32,000 nt of DNA from Planctomycetales bacterium. GTDB taxonomy: Bacteria > 4484-113 > JAFGCY01. Position numbers and translations under genes: made by a program. Within the stretch, counting starts at the first letter, position 1, and every line of letters begins with the position of its first letter. Below are positions 8,533-16,510 of this stretch, in pieces. The stretch is taken from the NCBI GenBank assembly GCA_022646745.1, contig CP060262.1:1710001-1742000 (forward strand). The letters run 5' to 3'. Below the pieces are notes generated by a model. The model saw only the letters and a list, made by a program, of their open reading frames with translations. It did not search any database and was not told the DNA's origin.

Positions 8533-8881
8533 GGGATGGGGGATGCGGGATGGGGGATGGGGAGGGTGCGTCACGCCACGGCGTGACTTGCGCACAATGG
8601 GATGGGGGATGCGGGATGGGCAGAATGGGATGTGGGATGTGGGATGGGCAGTAGTCAGTGGGCAGGGAGACTTAGCGGCGACATGTTGTCGCCTGATCTT
8701 CCAGGAACCTATCCGCTCAATGCCGTCTGGGAGGCGTAGGGCAAGGCCATCGTGCCTTGCCCAGGATGGCGACAGCCATCCGGTTGGAAAGCACTTGCCA
8801 AAATTGCTGTCGCCTATGCCGACAGGCACAGGCTTGCGATCTTCATCTGCTCATCCCGCATCCCCCATTCCACATCCCTCA
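8533..8881. repeat. cassette bounded by GGGATGN heptamer arrays, with hairpins and a 55-nt conserved element inside
   Basis: G-rich heptamers span 8533-8566 and 8599-8667 (gggatgg gggatgc gggatgg gcagaat gggatgt gggatgt gggatgg gcagtag tcagtgg). C-rich heptamers span 8852-8878. 8533-8559 pairs with 8852-8878 at 23/27 plus 1 wobble. The last heptamer runs directly into the stop codon (tca, 8879-8881) of the PKD gene. Confidence 0.85.
8731..8785 (+). repeat. conserved 55-nt GTAG-headed double-hairpin element (REP-like), copy 1
   Basis: The sequence is gaggcGTAGggcaaggccatcgtgccttgcccaggatggcgacagccatccggtt. It has a 9-bp stem gggcaaggc/gccttgccc and a 7-bp stem ggatggc/gccatcc. It matches the reverse complement of 16742-16796 at 48 of 55 positions. 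Confidence 0.8.
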
Positions 8882-11548
8882 GCTGCTGCGGATCGCCACC
8901 CTGAGCGTGTTCACATCGCTGTCAAAGCGGCTGTAGCAGACGATGCTGTTGCCATTGGCAAAATGTGCGAGGTCCACGAACACATCTGCGCTGCCGGGCG
9001 TGAAGGTATTGGGACTTGCCGAGATGTCCTCAATGGTCCAGCTGCCCTCGTCCTGGATTGCGAAGCGCACGTGCGTGCCGCTGCCGTCGAACTCCGTGTA
9101 GGCGATGCAGGCCGTACCATCCGGCATATAAGCCAGCTGCGAAACCAGCGCGATTTCCTCGCCACTTCCTGTATCGGTGACAATGGTGATGTCCTCGTCG
9201 GCAAGCACTGTGTCATCCTCTGCCAGTTCCGTATAGCGCAGGCCGGTGTCGGTGCCGCTGATGCTCTGGTAGCTCATGCCGGTGTAGCTGCCAGGCAGGA
9301 TGTCAATGCTTCCGAACAGGCCGCTGTCAGCATTGGCAAAGGGATTTGCCCAGTTGCCACCGTCCTCACGCAGGTACAGGCCGCCAGCCAGGCTGGCCTG
9401 CATCTCGCCAGTGGTGTCGTGGTAGCGCATATGCGGGAATGTCAGGCCGGTGCCGAAGCCGTACCAGCGGGTGTAGGTCAGGTTCCCGGGGGTGCTGGCC
9501 GGGTCATACGTCAGGTCGTAATAGTTCAGGTCCTGGGCGTTGAGCGTCGGACTGTTCGAGTTCTCGACGCAGTTGCTGATGCCGAAGTGGGTGTTGACCG
9601 GGTTGTAGTCAATCCCCGTCCAGATCGCGCCGTCTCGCGCCAGCTGGGCCTCGGTCGCAATGTTGCTCAGGTAGAAGTTGTACCAGGTCGGCACTTCATT
9701 CGTGATGTTCAATGCGCTGAAGCCCACAACCGAGTTTTCGGCCGGCACGGCGGCGGCTGGGTCGATGTAGACCAGCGACACGCGTGGCAGGTTCTCCCCG
9801 TCCGCAAAGCCGATATCGGTGAATGCAGGGAAGCCCGGTGGCACGATCGCCCCCAGCAGGTCAGTATTGGTCCAGTTCGCGGGAGCCGCCAGGTCCAGGG
9901 TGCTGTCGCCGATCACGACAAAGGGCTTCAGTACATTCGGATCCAGGTTTGCATAGGCCACCATCGGGTTGCCATTGCTGGCAACGGCCACGCTCGGTGT
10001 CCAGCCACCGTCCGTGCCGGTGATTGTTGACAGGTCCACTTCCGTCCACTGGAAGGTGGGCTCGCCTGTCACCTCAAAGCTGAAGTTCAGTGTGTCATTG
10101 CCAAAGGAGTTGGATGCAGTCACGCTGCATTCGTAGATGCCGGGTGCGCCCAGCGTTTCCAGCGGGTTCTCGTCAGGGCTCGTGGCCGGCGTGGCGGCCG
10201 GGCCGAACTGCCAGTCCCAGGTGTCAACCGTGCCGGTGTAGCTCGGTGTGAAAGTGATTTCCGCCCCACTTGCACCGCTGAGCGGATCAACCGAGATGAT
10301 CACCGGCGCCTCGCCGGACTGCGTGACTTCGAAGCTGAAGTCGAACTGGTCGCTGCCGAACAGGTTCGTGGCGGTCACGCTGCAGTTGTAGGTGCCTGGC
10401 TCGCCCAGTTCCACATCCGGGCTTTCCAGCGTGCTGCTGTCCGGGTTGCCAGCGCCGTTGAATTGCCAGTCCCAGCTGTCAACGGTGCCGCTGAACTCCG
10501 GGATGAAAGTGACAATGCTGCCGCTTTCGCCGGACAGCGGGCTGACCGCCGTCACATCCGGTGCCGCGCCCGTCACCGGGCCGACTTCCAGCGTGAAGTT
10601 GAACACCGCCTCGCCGAAGCGTGACAGCGCCGTCACGCTGGCACTGTAGCTGCCCTCGGCACCGAGCGTGATCTGCGGGCTCTCCTCCGTGCTTGTGTTG
10701 GGGCTGGCGCCACCGCCGAAGTTCCACTCCCAGCTTTCCACCAGGTTGCTCACACTGGCGACGGGCTGGATCTGTGCGCCGGTCTCGCCACTGCTCGGGC
10801 TGACACTGCCCACTTCCGGCGCGCTGCGGTCCACGTCGAAGCCGACGCGGTCCAGCTGGATGCCATTGCCGTCATGCGTCAGCACGAACAGGAACACGTT
10901 GCCAAGCGGGGAAACGTAGTCGGCATAGGCCGTCAGGGTCTTCGTGTAGGTCTCACTCTCGCTGCGGTCGAGGATTTCCCAGCGGCCGCTTGCATAGTTG
11001 GCCAGCCCGACGAGGAAGCCCGGGCTGCCACCGGTGAAGTTCACGTTGCTGGTCTCGATCGTCAGCTTGTTGAAGCCGAGGTCACCGTTGACATCGGGCA
11101 GCATGTAGATCGCCCAGTTGCGCTGGCCGGCCCCGGTGAACATGCTGAGGCTGGTATTGCTGACAACCGCATTGGAGGACTTGTCGAAGGCATCCGCCCC
11201 ATCCTTCCATTCTCGGCCGATCCCGCTGGCACTGCGCGATCCCGAAAGATCCGCTTCCATGCCAGACAGGGAAGGCAGGCCGCTGTCACGTGCGACGAAC
11301 AGGCTGCTGAGTGCCGGGTCGAGTGCATTGGCGGAATCCAGCGGGATGCTCGAGAAAATGGACTGCGAGTCAGTCCGGTCCACGTTGGCTGTTCCCGCAT
11401 CCGTGCCCAGCGCCGGTCTCAGTGACTTCCCGGCCTGTACGGAGCGGTCTCCGACACTGTCCAGCCCGTCACGGGAGTGCTGGCTGCCGGAGCAACCGAT
11501 CAACACCGCTGCAATAAGCAGCATCAGGGCCCAGTTCACAATCCTCAT
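8879..11548 (-). CDS. surface lipoprotein with three PKD-like domains and a C-terminal repeat (propeller-like) region
   Basis: ATG at 11548 with a GGAGA RBS is preferred over the GTG at 11560. The signal peptide and lipobox are MRIVNWALMLLIAAVLIGC. Three ~85-aa repeats carry W(E/D)WxF(G/N)G motifs. The C-terminal blocks (NGNPMVAY..., IACIAYTEFDGSGTHVRFA, NGNSIVCYSRFDSDVNTLRVA) resemble the tail of the 1433-aa protein. Confidence 0.8.
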   Translation of the reverse strand: MRIVNWALMLLIAAVLIGCSGSQHSRDGLDSVGDRSVQAGKSLRPALGTDAGTANVDRTDSQSIFSSIPLDSANALDPALSSLFVARDSGLPSLSGMEADLSGSRSASGIGREWKDGADAFDKSSNAVVSNTSLSMFTGAGQRNWAIYMLPDVNGDLGFNKLTIETSNVNFTGGSPGFLVGLANYASGRWEILDRSESETYTKTLTAYADYVSPLGNVFLFVLTHDGNGIQLDRVGFDVDRSAPEVGSVSPSSGETGAQIQPVASVSNLVESWEWNFGGGASPNTSTEESPQITLGAEGSYSASVTALSRFGEAVFNFTLEVGPVTGAAPDVTAVSPLSGESGSIVTFIPEFSGTVDSWDWQFNGAGNPDSSTLESPDVELGEPGTYNCSVTATNLFGSDQFDFSFEVTQSGEAPVIISVDPLSGASGAEITFTPSYTGTVDTWDWQFGPAATPATSPDENPLETLGAPGIYECSVTASNSFGNDTLNFSFEVTGEPTFQWTEVDLSTITGTDGGWTPSVAVASNGNPMVAYANLDPNVLKPFVVIGDSTLDLAAPANWTNTDLLGAIVPPGFPAFTDIGFADGENLPRVSLVYIDPAAAVPAENSVVGFSALNITNEVPTWYNFYLSNIATEAQLARDGAIWTGIDYNPVNTHFGISNCVENSNSPTLNAQDLNYYDLTYDPASTPGNLTYTRWYGFGTGLTFPHMRYHDTTGEMQASLAGGLYLREDGGNWANPFANADSGLFGSIDILPGSYTGMSYQSISGTDTGLRYTELAEDDTVLADEDITIVTDTGSGEEIALVSQLAYMPDGTACIAYTEFDGSGTHVRFAIQDEGSWTIEDISASPNTFTPGSADVFVDLAHFANGNSIVCYSRFDSDVNTLRVAIRSS

Positions 11549-11600
11549 GCCTGTCTCCACCGGTAGTGAGAGTTCACATGAGTTTAACAGAACTCAATAC

Positions 11601-11635
11601 TCAGGGACCTGGGACCGGGGATCTGGGACCGGGGA
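11601..11635. repeat. left inverted-repeat arm (GGGACCN heptamers) of the four-helix-bundle cassette
   Basis: The arm reads tcaggga cctggga ccgggga tctggga ccgggga. 11601-11630 pairs with 12311-12340 at 26/30 plus 1 G-T. Confidence 0.85.
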
Positions 11636-11714
11636 AAGCCAATGCCTACTGGAGTATCGAGCTGGTTTGGTAATCTGTGCGGTTCTTGCGCTATTTACAA
11701 AAATGAGGAAATAA

Positions 11715-11743
11715 TTGACTTTATTGTAGTTACAGGTTACTAT
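11715..11743 (+). promoter_or_regulatory. sigma70-like promoter for the four-helix-bundle gene
   Basis: TTGACT (11715-11720), a 17-nt spacer, then TACTAT (11738-11743), in an A/T-rich patch. AGGAG lies at 11761-11765. Confidence 0.55.
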
Positions 11744-11772
11744 ACAAATGTACACACTAAAGGAGCGTGCAA

Positions 11773-12150
11773 ATGGATGCAGTTTCTTACAAGGACCTGA
11801 TTGTCTGGCAACTGGCAATGGATTTCGTTGCAGAGATCTACCGGCTCACCGGATCATTCCCGAGGGACGAAATGTACGGGATGACTTCACAGATCCGCAG
11901 GGCAGCGGTTTCCATTCCTGCCAACATCGCGGAAGGCAATGGCAGGGCGAGTCGGCGGGATTATGCCCACTTCGTGTCCATCGCCCTTGCTTCAGCCAGG
12001 GAGATTGAAACCCTGCTACTGATATCCAGGGGGCTCGGATTCATTTCCAGCGGACATGCTGAAGAGTTAGACAGCAAGCTGGATGAAATTGCGAGGATGC
12101 TGTTCAGCATGCACCGTAAACTGGCAACACCGGTAGTTGGCACAAACTGA
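11773..12150 (+). CDS. four-helix-bundle protein (23S rRNA intervening-sequence protein / DGR Avd family)
   Basis: MDAVSYKDLIVWQLAMDFVAEIYRLTGSFPRDEMYGMTSQIRRAAVSIPANIAEGNGR.S.RDY..F..IA.AS..E is the hallmark pattern of this family. ATG at 11773 is 7 nt after the AGGAG; the track start at 11767 is a GTG. Confidence 0.85.
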   Translation: MDAVSYKDLIVWQLAMDFVAEIYRLTGSFPRDEMYGMTSQIRRAAVSIPANIAEGNGRASRRDYAHFVSIALASAREIETLLLISRGLGFISSGHAEELDSKLDEIARMLFSMHRKLATPVVGTN

Positions 12151-12220
12151 TGCAGGAAGCTGGGCCGGATCGGAGTCGGTGACACTGAGCCTTGTTGTCA
12201 GACTCTCGTATGACATCTTG

Positions 12221-12340
12221 CCGGTCCCAGATCCCCGGTCCCTAGTCCCTTCTTCTGGTCCCCGGTCCCTGGTCCCTTCTTCTGGTCCCCGGTCCCTGGT
12301 CCCTTCTTCTGGTCCCCGGTCCCCGGTCCCTGGTCCCTCA
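12221..12340. repeat. right inverted-repeat arm (NGGTCCC heptamers) with a 27-nt unit x3
   Basis: The unit cccttcttctgg... recurs at 12247, 12274 and 12301 (period 27, which is three heptamers plus tcttct). The terminal 30 nt are complementary to 11601-11630. A 9-bp hairpin agtagctcc-gca-ggagctact (12341-12361) follows and overlaps the aminotransferase stop codon. Confidence 0.85.
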
Positions 12341-12356
12341 AGTAGCTCCGCAGGAG

Positions 12357-13538
12357 CTACTTCCCGACGAAGTCCTTCAGCCGGGCCATGCCCTTCTCGA
12401 TGTCCGCGTCAGGTGTTGCCAGCGAGAGGCGGAAGAAGCCCTCGCCGTACCAGCCATAGGCGCGGCCCGGGCCGACCACCAGGCCGGTCTCGTTGAGCAG
12501 GCGGCTGCACCAGTCGAAGCTGTCGGTCTCGCCCTCCGGCAGGCGGCACCACACGAAGATGCTGCCACCGGGGCGGAAGTTGACGATGCCGATCTTGTCC
12601 AGCTCGTCGCAGATCCGGTCGCGGCGCTCGCGGTAGTGGTTGCGGTTTTCCCTGAGGAAGGAATCGCAGCGCTCGTCGTCAAGGATCCGCGAGCAGGCGA
12701 TCTGGATCGCGTTGAATGTGCCGCTGTCCACATTGCTCTTGACGGTGCCGAGGCCCTCGATCAGCAAGGGGTTGCCAACCGCGAAGCCGCAGCGCCAGCC
12801 GGTCATGTTGAAGCTCTTCGAGAAGGAGTGGAACTCGATCACGCAGTCCAGCGCACCGTCGAACTCCAGCAGGCTGGCCGGCGGGTTCTCCTCATCGTAG
12901 AAGATCTCCGTGTAGGCCGCATCGGACACGAGGATGATGTCATGCTTGCGCGCGAACTGCACCACGTCGTTGAGGTACTCGCGCGGCGCCACGCGGCCGG
13001 TCGGGTTGTGCGGGAAATTGAGGTAGCGCACCTTGGCCCGGCTGATCATCTCCTTGGTCAGCTCGTCGCTCATGTTCGGCAGGAAGTCGTTGTCAGGATG
13101 CACCGGCAGGGTGGAGCTGGCACCGCCGAACATGCGGGCCACCGTGCCGAACACCGGGTACAGCGGGTCGGGCTCGATCACATGGTCGCCGGGATTGACG
13201 ATCGCGCGGCAGACGTTTGCCAGCGCTTCCTTGCTGCCGAGTGTGGTCAGCACGTTCTCCATCCCGAGCCCCTTCACCCCGAAGCGGCGCTCCATGTAGC
13301 GCAGGGCTGACTCCAGCAGCTTCGGGTGGCCCTTGTAGCTCGGATAGCGGTGGTTGCCGCTGCGCATCACTTCCTCGGCGAGGAACTCGCGCATCCACTC
13401 GGGCGGGTCGCGGTCGGGGTCGCCAATGCCCATTGACACCGTGTCGATGCCACGTGCGCGGGCCTCGTCACGGGCCTTGTCAATCTGGGCGAACAGGTAG
13501 GGCGGAAGCTTCTTCAGCCGCTCGGCAAGCTGGATCAT
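12357..13538 (-). CDS. class I/II PLP aminotransferase (LL-diaminopimelate aminotransferase-like)
   Basis: 393 aa. Contains LPPYLFAQID...GIGDPD, NHRYPSYKG, NFPHNPTG and SFSKSFNMTGWRCG (PLP lysine motif). Confidence 0.8.
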   Translation of the reverse strand: MIQLAERLKKLPPYLFAQIDKARDEARARGIDTVSMGIGDPDRDPPEWMREFLAEEVMRSGNHRYPSYKGHPKLLESALRYMERRFGVKGLGMENVLTTLGSKEALANVCRAIVNPGDHVIEPDPLYPVFGTVARMFGGASSTLPVHPDNDFLPNMSDELTKEMISRAKVRYLNFPHNPTGRVAPREYLNDVVQFARKHDIILVSDAAYTEIFYDEENPPASLLEFDGALDCVIEFHSFSKSFNMTGWRCGFAVGNPLLIEGLGTVKSNVDSGTFNAIQIACSRILDDERCDSFLRENRNHYRERRDRICDELDKIGIVNFRPGGSIFVWCRLPEGETDSFDWCSRLLNETGLVVGPGRAYGWYGEGFFRLSLATPDADIEKGMARLKDFVGK

Positions 13539-13612
13539 CCGTTATTGCTCCTCATGGAAAGGAGTCAGTATAACACTGCCGGAAATTTCCAGCGTGAGCG
13601 TCCCGAGATCGC

Positions 13613-14830
13613 TCATTCGACGCCGTCGAGCACTTCGCGCAGCTTCAGGCAGCAGTACTCCACGTCGCTGTCCTGCATGTCCGGGTAGATCGGCAGGCTT
13701 ATCACCCGTTCACTGACGGACTGCGCCACCGGGCAGTCAGAAGGCGCGGTGCCGTATTGCTCCCGGTAGAAGCGCGTGCCGGGCAGGGAGATATAGTGCA
13801 CGTAACTTTCCACCATCTCCTCACGCAGGGCGCTGATCACCGTATTGCGGGCCTCGAAGCGGCTCAGTCCCACCCGGCTGCCGGACCAGTCCTCGCTGAG
13901 CCGCACCACCATCAGGTGGTGGGCATGCACGCTGTCCGCACCTGCCTGCGGAATTTCAATCCGCGGATCATCCGCCAGCAGGCTGGCATACAGGGCGGCC
14001 AGTTCCGTGCGGCGGGCATGGTTGGCGTTGAGCTTGGCCAGCTGCACCATGCCCAGTGCCGCCTGGATGTCGAACATGTTGTACTTGAAACCGGCGGCCT
14101 CGATGTCATAGAGCTGGAAGCCCTCGCCGCTGTAGCGCTTCCATGCGTTGCGGCTCATGCCGTGCAGGCCGATCACCCGCGCGCGTTCAAGGTCGGCCTC
14201 GTCGCGGCAGCAGAGCATCCCGCCCTCGGCGGTGATCAGGTTCTTGGTGGCATAGAAGCTGTAGGATGCGAAGCGTGAGCCGCTGGCCACGCCCACCGGC
14301 CGTCCATCCAGCTCCGTTTCCACCGCATGCGCACAGTCCTCGCTTACGAACAGCCCATGCTGGCCGGCGAGCTGCTGCAGCCGCGGTATCTCGCAGGCGA
14401 TCCCGCCATAATGCACCGGCACGATGGCCTTCGTGTTCCCGTTTATCAGGCGCTCCACGCTGGCCGGGTCGATGCACTGGCTGTCCGGCAGCACATCGGC
14501 GAACACGGGAGTCGCGCCACAATGCACCACGGTATTCGCTGTCGCCGCGAAGGTCAGCGCGGGCACGATCACCTCATCCCCGGGGCCGACCCCGCCACAC
14601 AGCAGGGCCAGGTGCAGGGCCGCGGTGCAGGAGTTTAGCCCGAGCGCATGGGGCGCGGCCACACGCGCTGCGAATTCCAGCTCGAACTGTTGCGTGCGCG
14701 GGCCGCGGGTCAGCCAGCCGCTGCGCAGCACCTCCAGCACAGCGGCTTCCTCGGCTGGGCCGAAATCGTGGCTGTGCAGCCTGAGCAGACTGTCCCTGCG
14801 GGGAACTTTCTGGTACATTACAGCGTCCAT
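13613..14830 (-). CDS. DegT/DnrJ/EryC1/StrS-family sugar aminotransferase
   Basis: 405 aa. Contains EEAAVLEVLRSGWLTRGP, NSCTAALHLAL, GDEVIVPALTFAATAN and the YSFYATKNL (PLP Lys) pattern. Confidence 0.85.
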   Translation of the reverse strand: MDAVMYQKVPRRDSLLRLHSHDFGPAEEAAVLEVLRSGWLTRGPRTQQFELEFAARVAAPHALGLNSCTAALHLALLCGGVGPGDEVIVPALTFAATANTVVHCGATPVFADVLPDSQCIDPASVERLINGNTKAIVPVHYGGIACEIPRLQQLAGQHGLFVSEDCAHAVETELDGRPVGVASGSRFASYSFYATKNLITAEGGMLCCRDEADLERARVIGLHGMSRNAWKRYSGEGFQLYDIEAAGFKYNMFDIQAALGMVQLAKLNANHARRTELAALYASLLADDPRIEIPQAGADSVHAHHLMVVRLSEDWSGSRVGLSRFEARNTVISALREEMVESYVHYISLPGTRFYREQYGTAPSDCPVAQSVSERVISLPIYPDMQDSDVEYCCLKLREVLDGVE

Positions 14831-14916
14831 TGCGACATTATCGGCAGCATGGCGATGTTAATATAGCTGCTCGGTAATCCCTTTAATAATCATCTAACAC
14901 CCATCAGGGGAACAAT

Positions 14917-16245
14917 ATGCGTATCTTTTCTATGCTGCTGGCGGCCGTGATCGCGATCTCGGTCCTGCCCGGCATCGCACACGCGGACATCAATGCGGAA
15001 ACGAGGGCCGAGGCCATCGCCCGTATCCAGGAGCGCGATCCCAATTACGGCGGCGGGGCCCACGCCGGCGGCGGCCAGACGGCTGCTTCCATGGGCATGC
15101 ACAGGGGCGACAGTGCCTGGGAGGAGTTCTGGGTACAGGACATCGACTTCCGTCCCTTCATGGGCCGCCTGCGCACGGTGCTGCTCGAGGACCCCGGCAT
15201 GGCGTCCTGCACGGCGAAGGATGACATCATCAGCTTCCTGGACCAGATGTACCTGTTCAACATGGGCACCTCGCATGTGGACATGGCGATCACCGGTGAT
15301 GACATCATGTTCAACTGTGCCCAGACCTGCGAGGGTCTGCCGGCGGACAGTGCCCCGGCCCGCCTCGGCGCGCTGGAGAACCTGCCGCTGCAGAGCTACA
15401 GCCTGGTGGACGACGGTGACTTCATCATGTACATGGGCATCCAGCACATGCCGACGCGCCTGATGATCCAGCTTGATGAGATGCAGCGCCAGGCTGCGAT
15501 GGCGGAGGGCATGGACGGCCCGCTGTCCGAGATCTTCAGCGAGATGGACATGCAGGAGCTGGAGCAGACCATGCAGCTCATGAAGGCGATGCAGATCGAC
15601 AAGATCATCGACAGCACCCTGTCCGGTGAGGTCGGCATCGCGCTGTTCGACATGCCTTCCATCGACATGCTGGTGAACGGCGGCGACGTGCAGCCGACGG
15701 ACTTCGTGGCCGCTGTGGCGATCGGCATCAAGGATGCTGAGTACGTCAGGGAGATGATGGGCACCTACGGCAGCGAAATCGGCCTGACCCCTCGCCCCGA
15801 CAGCGGTGCCAACGGCTGGGACGTGTTCGACGTGCCGATGATGCCGGGCCTCGGCATCGTGATGAACGACAGCATGGTGGTTGCCACCACCAATGCCGAC
15901 TTCGTGCTTGGCAAGCTGATGGACGGCGGCTCGATGAGCGTCGCTCCCTGCCAGGCGCACTTCGCGCTCAACATGGCGGCGCTGAACGGCAAGGTCGTGG
16001 AGCCCGGCATGAAGATGCTGGCCGACGAGATCGCCGATGGCAATGACGAGGTCTACTGGCCGGTGGACAGCATGAAGTACCTGTGGGACGTGCCTGAGCA
16101 GGACGGCCTCGGATACATGACGATGACCGCCTACACCGGCGACGCGATGCGCCACGAAATGCGCATGAAGAAGGCCGTGTTCCAGTACCTGATGTACTAC
16201 ATCAGCACGATGGGCGCCGGCGTGATCCAGACCGAGATGCATTAG
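14917..16245 (+). CDS. secreted methionine-rich protein of unknown function
   Basis: AGGGGAA RBS. Signal peptide MRIFSMLLAAVIAISVLPGIAHA. Strong GC3 bias in this frame. A manual count gives 44 Met in 442 aa. The 511-aa minus-strand ORF over the same DNA is a His-rich shadow (CAT is the antisense of ATG). Confidence 0.8.
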   Translation: MRIFSMLLAAVIAISVLPGIAHADINAETRAEAIARIQERDPNYGGGAHAGGGQTAASMGMHRGDSAWEEFWVQDIDFRPFMGRLRTVLLEDPGMASCTAKDDIISFLDQMYLFNMGTSHVDMAITGDDIMFNCAQTCEGLPADSAPARLGALENLPLQSYSLVDDGDFIMYMGIQHMPTRLMIQLDEMQRQAAMAEGMDGPLSEIFSEMDMQELEQTMQLMKAMQIDKIIDSTLSGEVGIALFDMPSIDMLVNGGDVQPTDFVAAVAIGIKDAEYVREMMGTYGSEIGLTPRPDSGANGWDVFDVPMMPGLGIVMNDSMVVATTNADFVLGKLMDGGSMSVAPCQAHFALNMAALNGKVVEPGMKMLADEIADGNDEVYWPVDSMKYLWDVPEQDGLGYMTMTAYTGDAMRHEMRMKKAVFQYLMYYISTMGAGVIQTEMH

Positions 16246-16399
16246 GAGGCCAAGCTGTAAGCTTGGCAACGGATGCCCGGTTACAAGATGTGCGCCGGAG
16301 CTCAGTCCCGCCGGAGGCCAAGCTGTAAGCTTGGCAATTGCCAGGCAGAACTGCCTGGCCTCCACCAGGGGTGCTGCATCCCGCGAAGCAGGATGCAGC
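16245..16399 (+). repeat. array of perfect hairpin modules in the 3' region of the Met-rich gene
   Basis: A 25-nt module ggaggccaagctgtaagcttggcaa occurs at 16245-16269 and 16313-16337 (stem gccaagct/agcttggc). Further hairpins are ccaggcag-aa-ctgcctgg (16341-16358) and gctgcatcc-(9 nt)-ggatgcagc (16373-16399). Confidence 0.8.
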
Positions 16400-16430
16400 C
16401 GACAGATCTGGCAACATCGATCCAATCAAG

Positions 16431-16460
16431 GGGGAGCCTCCGGGCTCCCCATTTTTGTTT
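16431..16460 (+). terminator. rho-independent terminator
   Basis: ggggagcc-tccg-ggctcccc followed by atttttgttt. Confidence 0.7.
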
Positions 16461-16510
16461 GCAATCGGCGCGGAAACCGACGTTCGCCGGCGCAGCTTCC
16501 CAGCAGCTCC

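Noticed and set aside
11773-12150. Diversity-generating retroelement, because the ORF belongs to the Avd fold family
   Set aside because: No reverse transcriptase gene and no template/variable repeat pair are detectable within the window. The neighbouring PKD protein's 3' end shows no near-duplicate of any nearby non-coding segment.
2840-12340. Integron-like gene cassettes with attC sites
   Set aside because: No intI gene is present. The arms are low-complexity heptamer arrays at both ends of each unit, not single attC sites with R''/L''-L'/R' cores. Most units carry no ORF.
12137-12496. ORFs translating the heptamer arrays (PRSLVPSSGPRSLVPSSG... here, and SQVPGPRSLIPGP... at 2836-3246 and 2934-3755)
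   Set aside because: The periodic peptide is a by-product of the DNA repeat (27 nt gives 9 aa). There is no RBS, the frames run into antisense of real genes, and the arms pair as inverted repeats.
14890-16425. 511-aa minus-strand ORF, the longest ORF over this region
   Set aside because: It is a His/Val/Leu-rich antisense shadow of the plus-strand Met-rich gene, since CAT is the complement of ATG. It has no RBS and no signal, and it extends across the hairpin modules. The GC3 pattern supports the plus frame.
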